Source: Gemmatimonadota bacterium
Lineage (GTDB): Bacteria > Gemmatimonadota > Gemmatimonadetes > Gemmatimonadales > Gemmatimonadaceae
Assembly (NCBI GenBank): GCA_026387915.1
Contig: JAPLKS010000011.1
Span: forward strand, 97,145-161,144
Length of the DNA stretch: 64,000 nucleotides
Reading direction: 5' to 3'
Shown: positions 1 to 9,012 of the stretch, in pieces
Position numbering within the stretch: position 1 is the stretch's first letter
Layout: each line of letters opens with the position of its first letter
Translations under genes and position numbers: made by a program
The notes under the pieces: model-generated
The model's input: only the letters and a program-made list of their open reading frames with translations
Database searches by the model: none
Told to the model about the DNA's origin: nothing

Positions 1-298
1 TGACGCCGCCCTGAATCGCCGGATCGAGGCCGAGGTCAGATTCGCGAATGGCCTTTTCAACGGCCTTTAACTGCGTTTTGTCGAACGGCGTCACGAGGAG
101 CACGCGCGGTTCCGGCGCGGAGACGTTGGCCACCTGGTTCATCGCCAGGAAGGAGCCATACATCTCCACCTTCACCACGTCGAGCATTGTCGGCGACGCC
201 TTGCCCGAGCGCACCGTCTGAAACTCGCGCTTGGTTGCTTCGACGCCCTTCTCCATACCGGTCTTGCAGTCTTTCAGGATATTCGGAATGCTGGTCAT
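1..298 (-). CDS. frr: ribosome recycling factor, N-terminal part (runs off left edge; absent from ORF track)
   Basis: Manual minus-strand translation from ATG 298-296 gives [49 protein letters not shown]...[28 protein letters not shown] overlap with the pyrH stop. rpsB-tsf-pyrH-frr synteny. Confidence 0.9.
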   Translation of the reverse strand, partial: MTSIPNILKDCKTGMEKGVEATKREFQTVRSGKASPTMLDVVKVEMYGSFLAMNQVANVSAPEPRVLLVTPFDKTQLKAVEKAIRESDLGLDPAIQGGV

Positions 299-1020
299 GA
301 GACGAGGGTCCCCACCCGTTCGCCCCGGATCGCCCGTAGCACGGCGCCGGGTTCGTTGATGTTCAACACGATCAAAGGCAGCTTGTTTTCCTTACAGAGC
401 GTGATCGCCGTCTGGTCCATCACACCAAGCTCGCCGTGCATCACTTCTTTGTAGCTGATGTTGGCGTATTTCACCGCATCGGGGTTCGTCTTGGGATCCG
501 CGTCGTATACGCCGTCGACGCTCGTCGCCTTGATGATCACGTCGGCCTTCATCTGAATGGCGCGCAGGACGGCAGCGGTGTCGGTGCTGAAGTACGGATT
601 CCCCGTACCCGCGGCAAAGATCACCGCGCGCCCCTTCTCCAAGTGCCGCATCGCGCGCCGACGGATGTACGGCTCGGCGAGCTCTTCCATCCGGATTGCC
701 GTCATCACGCGGGTGTCGAGTCCCTCACGCTCCAGAATATCCTGAAACGCGAGCGCATTGATGATGGTGCCCAACATCCCCATGTAATCCGCGCTGACGC
801 GGTCCATGCCCATTTTGGAAATCTGCGATCCGCGTACGATGTTGCCGCCGCCGATCACCATGCCCATTTGCGCGCCCATGGTCGTGACTTCTTTGATTTC
901 CTTAGCGTACTTCGTAATCACCGCAAAGTCGAACCCCGAGCCCTGCCCGCCGGCAAGCGCTTCGCCGGAGAGCTTCAGCAGCACTCGCGGGTACTTCAGC
1001 GCCTTCGGCGGCCGGGGCAC
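295..1020 (-). CDS. pyrH: UMP kinase
   Basis: Track ORF 295..1119 contains [16 protein letters not shown]...[13 protein letters not shown]. Trimmed to the in-frame GTG at 1020, because the longer form would overlap tsf (stop at 1028). Confidence 0.9.
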   Translation of the reverse strand: MPRPPKALKYPRVLLKLSGEALAGGQGSGFDFAVITKYAKEIKEVTTMGAQMGMVIGGGNIVRGSQISKMGMDRVSADYMGMLGTIINALAFQDILEREGLDTRVMTAIRMEELAEPYIRRRAMRHLEKGRAVIFAAGTGNPYFSTDTAAVLRAIQMKADVIIKATSVDGVYDADPKTNPDAVKYANISYKEVMHGELGVMDQTAITLCKENKLPLIVLNINEPGAVLRAIRGERVGTLVS

Positions 1021-1027
1021 GGCGCGC

Positions 1028-1903
1028 TCAGCCCTCGCCCATCTGGAAACGCACGAAGCGCTTGAGATCGGCGCCAGCGGTTTCCTTGACGAGCTGACCA
1101 ATGGTCTTGCTGTCATCACGAACCCACGGCTGCTGCACTAACGTCACTTCGGAGTAGAACTTGTCGATGCGGCCGCTCACCATCTTTTCAACGATGTTGT
1201 CGGGCTTGCCGCTCGCCTTGGCCTGCTCCACGAAGATCGCCTTCTCACGCTCGACCAGTTCGGCCGGCACGTCCGTCTTCTGCACGGCAATCGCGACCGT
1301 CGGCACGCCGGCGGCCACATGCTCGGCCACACTGCCACCGAGCGTCTTGGCTGCATCACCATTGGCGCCCTGCACGTCCACCAGCACGGCCACCTTGCCG
1401 TTGTGGTGGCGATACACGCCAATGGTGCCGGAGGTGGCGTAGCGCGCCACGCGGCGCAGCTGCACGTTCTCGCCGGTCTTGGCCGCCGCGGCCTTCACGA
1501 CTTCGCCCAGCGTCAGCGCTTTGTCGTGATGCCAGTGCTTGTTCAGCAACGCATGGTCGGTGCCCAGCTCAGCCACGCCGTCGAGCGACGTGTCCTCGGC
1601 GATATGGCGCGCGACCATCGTGGCCAGCGCCACGAACTCGTCGTTGCGGGAGACGAAATCGGTTTCGGAGTTCAGTTCAATCATCACGCCGAGGGTCGCG
1701 TCATCCGACACCCACGTAATGATCTGCCCTTCGCTGGCCGCACGCCCGGCGCGCTTCTCAGCCTTGGCAATGCCCTTGGTACGCAGCTGGTCGACGGCCT
1801 TTTCAATGTCGCCGCCGGTCTCTTCGAGGGCCTTCTTGCAGTCGCCCATTCCGGCGCCCGTGCGGGCGCGCAGTGCGGCGACATCCTTTGCAGTGATGCT
1901 CAT
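1028..1903 (-). CDS. tsf: translation elongation factor Ts
   Basis: N-terminus [29 protein letters not shown] at 1903, with an AGGTG-like SD upstream, preferred over the GTG at 1915. Confidence 0.93.
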   Translation of the reverse strand: MSITAKDVAALRARTGAGMGDCKKALEETGGDIEKAVDQLRTKGIAKAEKRAGRAASEGQIITWVSDDATLGVMIELNSETDFVSRNDEFVALATMVARHIAEDTSLDGVAELGTDHALLNKHWHHDKALTLGEVVKAAAAKTGENVQLRRVARYATSGTIGVYRHHNGKVAVLVDVQGANGDAAKTLGGSVAEHVAAGVPTVAIAVQKTDVPAELVEREKAIFVEQAKASGKPDNIVEKMVSGRIDKFYSEVTLVQQPWVRDDSKTIGQLVKETAGADLKRFVRFQMGEG

Positions 1904-2018
1904 GATCAATGACACCTGGTATGCTGGGTGTGGAATCGCCGCCGGCGCAACAACGGACGCCGGCGGCGAGAAGAAAGTTACTGCTATCCCAACTGCGGCA
2001 CTATGCCGCTCTTGGGGG

Positions 2019-2927
2019 TTACTCGGCCGCTGCGTCGGGAGCCGCCGGCGCGCCTTCCGGAGCGCCTTCTGCGGCTGCCGGCGCGCCGTCCTTCAGGCGC
2101 GCCGCAATCGCTTCGGGCTTGGCGTGACGGCGACGCGGACGACGCTTCTTGCCGTCGCGGTCGTTGCCAGCCGGTTCCGCACCGCGGTCGGACGAGTAGG
2201 TGTAGCTCTCGCCGTCCTCGGAGTCTTCACGCAACGCCGGCGCTTCGCGACGGGCGTCGTTGATCGTCTCGGCCAGCGCGCCCGTGATCAGTTCCACGGA
2301 GCGGATGGCGTCATCGTTGCCGGCAATCGGCACGGTGATGAGATCGGGATCGGAGTTCGTGTCGCAGATAGCGACGAGCGGGATGCCCAGCTTGTTGGCC
2401 TCGTCCACCGCGATGCGCTCCTTCTTGGCGTCGACGATAAAGATCAGGCCCGGCAGGCGCGACATCGGCTTGATGCCCGACAAGTTCTTGCTGAGCTTGT
2501 CGCGCAGGCGCGTCAGCATCAGCTGTTCTTTCTTGGTGTAGTTCTCAAAATCGCCGCCCGACTCGCTGCCGGCTTCGAGATCCTTGAGCTTCTTGATCTG
2601 CTTCTTGATGGTCGCGAAGTTCGTGAGCAAGCCGCCGAGCCAGCGCTCGGTGACGTACATCGCGCCGCACTTCTCGGCTTCCGCCTTGACGAGTTCGGCG
2701 AGCTGCTGCTTGGTGCACACGAAGAGCACGCTTTCACCGCGCAGGACAACTTCGCGCACGAGCTTCTGCGCGAGTTCAATCTGACGCAGCGTCTTCTGCA
2801 GATCGATGATGTGAATCCCGTTGCGCTCCGCGAAGATGAACCGACGCATCTTCGGGTTCCAACGACGGGTTTGGTGGCCGAAGTGTACGCCGGCCTTGAG
2901 GAGTTCGTCGAGCGTGGGCTGAGCCAT
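2019..2927 (-). CDS. rpsB: 30S ribosomal protein S2, with a long low-complexity C-terminal tail
   Basis: GVHFGHQTRRWNPKM, AICDTNSDPD. ATG at 2927. The tail is rich in Ala/Pro/Glu/Arg. Confidence 0.95.
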   Translation of the reverse strand: MAQPTLDELLKAGVHFGHQTRRWNPKMRRFIFAERNGIHIIDLQKTLRQIELAQKLVREVVLRGESVLFVCTKQQLAELVKAEAEKCGAMYVTERWLGGLLTNFATIKKQIKKLKDLEAGSESGGDFENYTKKEQLMLTRLRDKLSKNLSGIKPMSRLPGLIFIVDAKKERIAVDEANKLGIPLVAICDTNSDPDLITVPIAGNDDAIRSVELITGALAETINDARREAPALREDSEDGESYTYSSDRGAEPAGNDRDGKKRRPRRRHAKPEAIAARLKDGAPAAAEGAPEGAPAAPDAAAE

Positions 2928-3071
2928 GATGCGATACCTGATTGGTTGGTGACGTCGGCGGAAGTCATCGCGGTTGTCGACCGCCCCAAGGGCGGCACCC
3001 GACGTCCGCTCATCCCGCCTGAGGGATGAAGAACACGCACACGAGCAACATCGGTACAGCTCCGCGACGTC

Positions 3072-3103
3072 GCGGCGAAAGCAGGAATCCCTGCTCTCGC
3101 CGC
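3072..3103 (-). terminator. strong hairpin between rpsI and rpsB (13 of 14 bp, 4-nt loop), no U-tract
   Basis: gcggcgaaagcagg-aatc-cctgctctcgccgc paired by hand. Lies 17 nt downstream of the rpsI stop. The overlapping palindrome ccgcgacgtcgcgg (3062-3075) offers an alternative fold. Confidence 0.4.
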
Positions 3104-3119
3104 GAGGCGCGGTCTTCGA

Positions 3120-3509
3120 CTAGCGCTTGCTGAACTGGAAGCGCTTACGGGCTTTCGGACGGCCCGGCTTTTTACGTTCGACCGCACGCGCATCGCGCGT
3201 GAGGAGGCCGAGGTCGCGCAGCTTGCGACGGTGATTCTCGTCGATCTTGACGAGGGCACGGGCAACGGCGAGGCGCAACGCGCCAGCCTGACCCGTGGAT
3301 CCGCCGCCATTGAGATTCGCCTTCACGTCGTAGTTGCCGAGCGTGTCGGTGGCCGTAAACGGCTGCTGAATCGCGGACACGAGCGCCGGACGCGGGAAGT
3401 AGTCACCGAGCGTACGCCCGTTGACATCCCACTTGCCGGAACCCGGCTGCAGATAGACGCGGCAGACCGCTTCTTTGCGGCGGCCGACGGTGTGTGTAAT
3501 GTCGGCCAT
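3120..3509 (-). CDS. rpsI: 30S ribosomal protein S9
   Basis: GRRKEAVCRVYL...GGGSTGQAGALRLAVARAL...KKPGRPKARKRFQFSKR. Start abuts the rplM stop. Confidence 0.95.
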   Translation of the reverse strand: MADITHTVGRRKEAVCRVYLQPGSGKWDVNGRTLGDYFPRPALVSAIQQPFTATDTLGNYDVKANLNGGGSTGQAGALRLAVARALVKIDENHRRKLRDLGLLTRDARAVERKKPGRPKARKRFQFSKR

Positions 3510-3959
3510 TTAATTCGCCTCCGCCTTCTTGAAAGTGAGCACGGTGGGACGCTGGGCGATGTGCGGGTGCTCGGCACCCGGATAGACGCGCAACTTGATC
3601 CGCAGCTTCTGCCGACCCAGTGCGTTCTTGGGGAGCATCCCGTGCACGGCCTTCTCAATGATGCGTTCGGGGTGCTTCGCCAACATCGTCGCGAACGGCG
3701 TCTGCTTGTCGTGCCCCATGTAGCCGGAGTGCGAGAAGTACGTCTTCTGTTCGGACTTGCGGCCCGTCACCTTCACCTTCGAGGCGTTGATGACGATGAC
3801 GTTGTCGCCCGTATCCATGTGCGGCGTGAACGTCGGCTTGTGCTTACCACGGATGATCTTGGCGATTTCAGTCGCGAGGCGACCGAGAACCATGCCTTCC
3901 GCATCGACAACGAACCACTTGTGTTCAATGTCGGAGGGTCGAGCGGTGTACGTGGACAT
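3510..3959 (-). CDS. rplM: 50S ribosomal protein L13
   Basis: [22 protein letters not shown]...SGYMGH. Trimmed to ATG 3959; the track ORF extends to 4007. Confidence 0.93.
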   Translation of the reverse strand: MSTYTARPSDIEHKWFVVDAEGMVLGRLATEIAKIIRGKHKPTFTPHMDTGDNVIVINASKVKVTGRKSEQKTYFSHSGYMGHDKQTPFATMLAKHPERIIEKAVHGMLPKNALGRQKLRIKLRVYPGAEHPHIAQRPTVLTFKKAEAN

Positions 3960-4051
3960 CTCTATGTGAACTAAAGGGGTACAGCGCCTCACCGGTGCAG
4001 GTTGCAACCCGGGTTTCGGCCGCCACGATGGGCGTTTTGGGACAGACTCTA

Positions 4052-4080
4052 AAGATAGGCAAGGACTTACGGGCTGTCAA
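4052..4080 (-). promoter_or_regulatory. sigma70-like promoter for rplM-rpsI
   Basis: Minus strand reads TTGACA, then a 17-nt spacer, then TATCTT (plus-strand tgtcaa 4075-4080, aagata 4052-4057), about 90 nt upstream of the rplM ATG. Confidence 0.55.
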
Positions 4081-4116
4081 CGCGCCGGGGGTGCCGCCGG
4101 AGAGCCCTCCCTAGGG

Positions 4117-4617
4117 CTACTCGAACTCCACCAAAAGGGCGCCCTTCTCGACCACCGTCCCGGGGGCCACCAAGATGCTTTTGACCCGCCCTGCGGCAGG
4201 CGCTCGGAGCTCGTTTTCCATCTTCATGGCCTCCATGGCGATGACCGGCTGGCCGGCCTCAATGAGGTCCCCAACCGCCACAAAGGCCCGAACCACCAGC
4301 CCCGGCATCGGCGCGCGCAGCGGCTGCGGCCCGGTTGGGGCGGCGGCCACGGTCAGGTCGCGGATCGCGCGGGTACGCTCGTCGAGCGCCTCCACGGCAA
4401 AGCGCCGGCCATCGAGCGAGAGCAGATACCGGCCGCGGGTACCGTCGCGGCGGGCCATCACGCGGTGCATCTCGCCGTCGAGGTCCACGAGCCGCACCGG
4501 GGTGCCGGGCACGTCGGTCAGTCGCGCCTGCTGCGCGGGGCCGCCGTTGACGCGGGCTTGGTCGCCCTCGAGCTCCACTTCCACGCGGTGGCCGTCCACC
4601 TCGACGATGTACTTCAC
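4117..4617 (-). CDS. biotin carboxyl carrier (biotinyl/lipoyl domain) protein
   Basis: C-terminal MPGLVV...IEAMKMENELRAPAAG biotinylation motif (AMKM). GTG start in a GTGA overlap with the upstream gene's stop. Confidence 0.85.
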   Translation of the reverse strand: MKYIVEVDGHRVEVELEGDQARVNGGPAQQARLTDVPGTPVRLVDLDGEMHRVMARRDGTRGRYLLSLDGRRFAVEALDERTRAIRDLTVAAAPTGPQPLRAPMPGLVVRAFVAVGDLIEAGQPVIAMEAMKMENELRAPAAGRVKSILVAPGTVVEKGALLVEFE

Positions 4618-5843
4618 GCGTCACTCTCCAATACGAGCTCGCACACGGTTTCGACGTGCGCGGTCTGGGGAAACATGTCGAACGCGGTCAGCGCGGTCAC
4701 CCGGTACGACGGCAAGCGCGAGACATCGCGCGCCAGTGTGGCCGGATCGCAGCTGACGTACACAATGGCGTGCGGCCGCGCCTCCTCCAATAACGAGGTC
4801 ACCTGCGCGTCCACGCCCGCGCGTGGTGGATTGAGCAACACCACATCCGCGGGCAGTGCGCGCCCGAGGAGATCTTCCACCCGCGCAGCCACCGCCCGCG
4901 AACCGGGTGCGAGTCGCGTGGCACAATAGGCCACCGCCTCTTCATCCATTTCAATCGCCGTCACCTGCACGCCCTCGTGGGAGAGCGTCGCGGCCACGTC
5001 GCCGGACCCGGCATACGCGTCGACCAATGTGCGCGGCGCGTGCGCGCGAATGCGTTCGGTGACAAACGATCCGAGGAGCTCCCCGACCTCGGGGTTCACC
5101 TGATTGAATGACGCATCGGGTTCCGCGTGCGAACGCCGATCGTGCACGAGCCGACGCGTGGCGCCGAACGGCACCCACCAGATGGCTTCGAGCGTCGGCA
5201 CCGCCACGGCGAAGCGTTCGTGTGTGCGCCAGTCGTGCGCGCCTTCGAGCACCAGCACGACGCCCGTGCGACTCAGTCGAAGCGTGGCACGCAGATTCGG
5301 CACCGCCGGCAACAATGCCGCGGTCGCCATCACTTCACGCAGGGCGACGAGCAGACGCGGATCCGCAATACGACAGTCCGTGAGCGCAAAGACGCGGTCC
5401 ATGTCGTCCCACGCATGAAATCCCGCGCGAATCCCTACGGCATCTCGGCGAATGGCCACCGATACACTGCGGCGGTACTCCCACTCGCGCGTGCCGAAAC
5501 GCATCTCCGGCAGCTCCACCTCGCGCTTGGCAATCCGGCGCATGGCGTCGCGCACCATCTTCTGCTTGGCCTCACGCTGCGCGCCAATCGCGAGATGCTG
5601 GAGCTGGCAGCCGCCGCATCGGTCGCCGTCGTAGTGATCGCACTCCGGCCGCACGCGTGATGCGCCCGGACGCTCAATGCGTTCGACGACGCCGCGGGCG
5701 AGCCGTCCCTTCTTTTCGATGTGCGCCAACACCACATCACCGGGCGCCGTGCGCGGCACAAACACCACGAGTCCGTTGTGTCGCGCGACGCCGTCGCCGC
5801 CCGAGGCGATCGACTCGATTTCAATCGTGCAGAGTTCGCTCAA
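4614..5843 (-). CDS. TRAM-domain RNA (uracil-5)-methyltransferase, RumA/RlmD family
   Basis: N-terminal TRAM-like IASGGDGVARHNGLVVFVP. Cys cluster CDHYDGDRCGGCQLQH. SAM-binding fold DAYAGSGD. Catalytic VYVSCDPATLARD. TTG start overlaps the accC stop. Confidence 0.8.
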   Translation of the reverse strand: MSELCTIEIESIASGGDGVARHNGLVVFVPRTAPGDVVLAHIEKKGRLARGVVERIERPGASRVRPECDHYDGDRCGGCQLQHLAIGAQREAKQKMVRDAMRRIAKREVELPEMRFGTREWEYRRSVSVAIRRDAVGIRAGFHAWDDMDRVFALTDCRIADPRLLVALREVMATAALLPAVPNLRATLRLSRTGVVLVLEGAHDWRTHERFAVAVPTLEAIWWVPFGATRRLVHDRRSHAEPDASFNQVNPEVGELLGSFVTERIRAHAPRTLVDAYAGSGDVAATLSHEGVQVTAIEMDEEAVAYCATRLAPGSRAVAARVEDLLGRALPADVVLLNPPRAGVDAQVTSLLEEARPHAIVYVSCDPATLARDVSRLPSYRVTALTAFDMFPQTAHVETVCELVLESDA

Positions 5844-7366
5844 CGGGACCGCAGCCCCTCGACGCGGGCAGCGCGCACCCAGGCGCCCTCGGCGTCGGCA
5901 CGCGCGGCCGCGGGTGGTGCCCCGCCGCTACTTGGCGTTGCCGTGGCACCACGATCGTGTCGCGCCAGCAACGCGGCCGCGATCGCCGCGACGTGCACCG
6001 CGCCCTCATTCGCTGGTACCGCGAGCAGCGACGCGAGCCGCCGCTCCAGCCACTGAATCTCAATCTCACCGCGCTGAAACTCCGCGTCATCCATCACGCG
6101 CAGATGAAATTCGCGCGACGTCTCAATGCCATCCACCGACAATTCGCAGAGCGCCCGACGCATCCGCGCCACCGCTGCCGCGCGATTCGGCGCCCACACA
6201 ATGAGCTTGGCGAGCATCGGATCGTAAAAGAGTCCAATATCCGAGCCGGCCTCGACCCCACCGTCCCACCGCACGCCGGGGCCGCTCGGGAGTTGCAGAT
6301 GCGTAATGCGGCCCGTGGACGGCAAGAATCCATTGGCCGGATCCTCACTCGTAATGCGGCACTCCATCGCCCAGCCGTTCGGTTCAAAGGGCCCCGTGAA
6401 GGGCAACGTCTCGCCGGCCGCGATGCGGATTTGCCATTGCACAAGGTCCACACCCGTCACCAGTTCTGTGACCGGGTGTTCGACCTGAATGCGCGTGTTC
6501 ATTTCGAGAAAATAGAACTCGCCGCTTTTGTCGAGCAGGAACTCGCACGTGCCCGCATTGGTGTAACCGGCCGCGCGAGCGGCGCGCACCGCCGCCTCAC
6601 CCATGCGCTTTCGCAACTCGGGCGACACCGCCACACTCGGCGCTTCCTCAATCATTTTCTGGTGACGGCGCTGCACGGAACACTCGCGCTCACCAAGCGA
6701 GAGCACGTTGCCGTGCTGGTCAGCCAACAGCTGAATCTCGACGTGCCGCGGCCCCTCGATGTATTTCTCGACGTACACCGCGTCGTCACCAAATGCGTTC
6801 TTGGCCTCACGCTTGGCAGCATCGAGCGCGCCAGCGATTTCATCGGCACTCCACACGACGCGCATCCCCTTGCCACCACCGCCGGCCGCGGCCTTGAGGA
6901 GCACCGGATACCCAAACTGCGCGGCAACCTCCGCAGCCTCAGCGGCATCGCGTAGCGCCGTGGTGGTACCGGGTACCACGGGCACCTGATGCGCAATCGC
7001 GAGCTGGCGTGCGGCCGTTTTGCTTCCCATCGCAGCGATGGCTTCCGCGGGGGGCCCCACCCACACGAGCCCCGCATCGCGCACCGCACGCGCAAACCAC
7101 TCACGCTCGCTCAGAAAACCATAGCCAGGGTGAATGGCTTCAGCACCGGTACGAATGGCCGCCGCAATAATCGCGTCGCCAAGCAAGTAACTCTGCGCGG
7201 AAGGCGCCGGGCCGAGGCGCACCGCTTCGTCGGCTTCGCGCACATGCGGCGCACTCGCGTCGGCATCGGAATACACCGCGACCGACAGCACCCCTAACTC
7301 GCGGCAGGCCCGCACCACGCGCAGTGCAATCTCGCCGCGGTTGGCGATTAATAGTTTACGAAACAT
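5840..7366 (-). CDS. accC: biotin carboxylase subunit of acetyl/propionyl-CoA carboxylase
   Basis: MFRKLLIANRGEIALRV...GGGGKGMRVV...EMNTRIQVEHPVTE. No fused BCCP domain. Confidence 0.93.
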   Translation of the reverse strand: MFRKLLIANRGEIALRVVRACRELGVLSVAVYSDADASAPHVREADEAVRLGPAPSAQSYLLGDAIIAAAIRTGAEAIHPGYGFLSEREWFARAVRDAGLVWVGPPAEAIAAMGSKTAARQLAIAHQVPVVPGTTTALRDAAEAAEVAAQFGYPVLLKAAAGGGGKGMRVVWSADEIAGALDAAKREAKNAFGDDAVYVEKYIEGPRHVEIQLLADQHGNVLSLGERECSVQRRHQKMIEEAPSVAVSPELRKRMGEAAVRAARAAGYTNAGTCEFLLDKSGEFYFLEMNTRIQVEHPVTELVTGVDLVQWQIRIAAGETLPFTGPFEPNGWAMECRITSEDPANGFLPSTGRITHLQLPSGPGVRWDGGVEAGSDIGLFYDPMLAKLIVWAPNRAAAVARMRRALCELSVDGIETSREFHLRVMDDAEFQRGEIEIQWLERRLASLLAVPANEGAVHVAAIAAALLARHDRGATATPSSGGAPPAAARADAEGAWVRAARVEGLRSR

Positions 7367-7425
7367 GGGTCAGCTCGACCGCCGGCATGGCGCCGGCGCT
7401 CCGGATAGGTCGCGACAGATCAGCA

Positions 7426-8976
7426 TCACAGCGGAATGTTGCCGTGTTTCTTCGGCGGATTGCTGTCGCGTTTGCCCTGCAGCGTTTCGAGCGCGTCAAT
7501 CAGACGCGGGCGGGTGTCGCGCGGATCGATAATGTCATCCACGTAGCCACGACTCGCCGCGACGTATGGATTGGCGAACTTCGCCGCGTACTCGGCCACC
7601 TTCGCATCAGTAGCGGCAACGGGGTCAGCGCTCTCGGCGATTTCCTTTTTGAACAGGATTTCCACCGCGCCCTTCGGCCCCATCACCGCAATCTCCGCCG
7701 TGGGCCAGGCCACGTTGAAGTCGCCGCGAATGTGCTTCGAGCTCATGACGTCATACGCCCCGCCATACGCCTTGCGCGTGATGACCGTGAGCTTGGGCAC
7801 CGTGGCTTCGCAGTACGCGTAGAGCAGCTTGGCGCCGTGCTTGATAATGCCGCCGTGCTCCTGTGCGACACCGGGGAGAAAACCCGGCACGTCTTCGAAG
7901 GTCACAATCGGAATGTTGAACGCGTCGCAAAAGCGAATGAACCGAGCGGCTTTGACGCTCGCATTGATATCGAGACAGCCCGCGAGCACCGCCGGCTGAT
8001 TGGCGACGATGCCAACACTGAAGCCCCCGAGGTGCGCAAAGCCGCAGATGATATTCGCGGCGTAGTCGCGCTGGACTTCCAGAAACTCGCCGTCATCAAT
8101 CACGCGCCGGAGCACGTCGTGCATGTCGTACGGTTTGTTGGGCGAATCAGGCACGAGGTCGAGCAACGCTTCGTCTTTGCGGTCGCGCGGGTCGGTGCCC
8201 CGCCCACGCGGCGGCGCATCCACATTGTTCGACGGCACGTAGCGGAACAGCATGCGAATGGATTCGAGGCACTCGAGCTCACTGCCGCTCGTGAAGTGCG
8301 ACACGCCACTTGTGCCGCCGTGCGCATCGGCGCCGCCGAGTGCTTCCATGGTGACGTCTTCGTGCGTCACGGTCTTCACGACGTTCGGGCCGGTCACGAA
8401 CATGTAGCTCGTGCCACGGGTCATGAACACAAAGTCCGTAATGGCAGGCGAGTAGACGGCGCCACCGGCGCACGGTCCGAGGATCGCAGAGATTTGCGGT
8501 ACCACACCCGAGGCCAGCGTGTTGCGCAGAAAGATTTCGGCGTAGCCGCCGAGCGACACCACACCCTCTTGAATGCGTGCGCCACCGGAATCATTGAGCC
8601 CGATCATGGGCGCACCATTCCGCACGGCGAGGTCCATCACCTTGCACACTTTTTCGGCGTGGGCTTCGGAGAGCGAGCCGCCAAAGACGGTGAAGTCTTG
8701 CGAGAAGACGTACACGAGGCGGCCATCGATCCGGCCATAGCCTGTGACCACACCGTCGCCGTAGGGACGCTGTTCGGCCAGCCCGAAGTCCTCGGACCGA
8801 TGGGTGACAAAACGATCCAGCTCAACAAAGGTCCCTTCGTCCAAGAGCACGTCGAGACGCTCGCGGGCGGAGAGTTTCCCCTTGTCGTGCTGGGCTTTGA
8901 GGCGAGCGGCGCCTCCTCCCTGCTCCGAGGCGGCACGCCGCTGCTCAAGGAGCTGCAGTTTTTCGCGCATGGACAT
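7426..8976 (-). CDS. pccB: acyl-CoA carboxylase carboxyltransferase (beta) subunit, propionyl-CoA carboxylase type
   Basis: [43 protein letters not shown]. Confidence 0.92.
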   Translation of the reverse strand: MSMREKLQLLEQRRAASEQGGGAARLKAQHDKGKLSARERLDVLLDEGTFVELDRFVTHRSEDFGLAEQRPYGDGVVTGYGRIDGRLVYVFSQDFTVFGGSLSEAHAEKVCKVMDLAVRNGAPMIGLNDSGGARIQEGVVSLGGYAEIFLRNTLASGVVPQISAILGPCAGGAVYSPAITDFVFMTRGTSYMFVTGPNVVKTVTHEDVTMEALGGADAHGGTSGVSHFTSGSELECLESIRMLFRYVPSNNVDAPPRGRGTDPRDRKDEALLDLVPDSPNKPYDMHDVLRRVIDDGEFLEVQRDYAANIICGFAHLGGFSVGIVANQPAVLAGCLDINASVKAARFIRFCDAFNIPIVTFEDVPGFLPGVAQEHGGIIKHGAKLLYAYCEATVPKLTVITRKAYGGAYDVMSSKHIRGDFNVAWPTAEIAVMGPKGAVEILFKKEIAESADPVAATDAKVAEYAAKFANPYVAASRGYVDDIIDPRDTRPRLIDALETLQGKRDSNPPKKHGNIPL

Positions 8977-9012
8977 GGTCTATAGAAGGTAGCGGACGCG
9001 CCCCCCGACCCG

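Noticed and set aside
7324-8985. 553-aa plus-strand ORF
   Set aside because: Antisense shadow of pccB.
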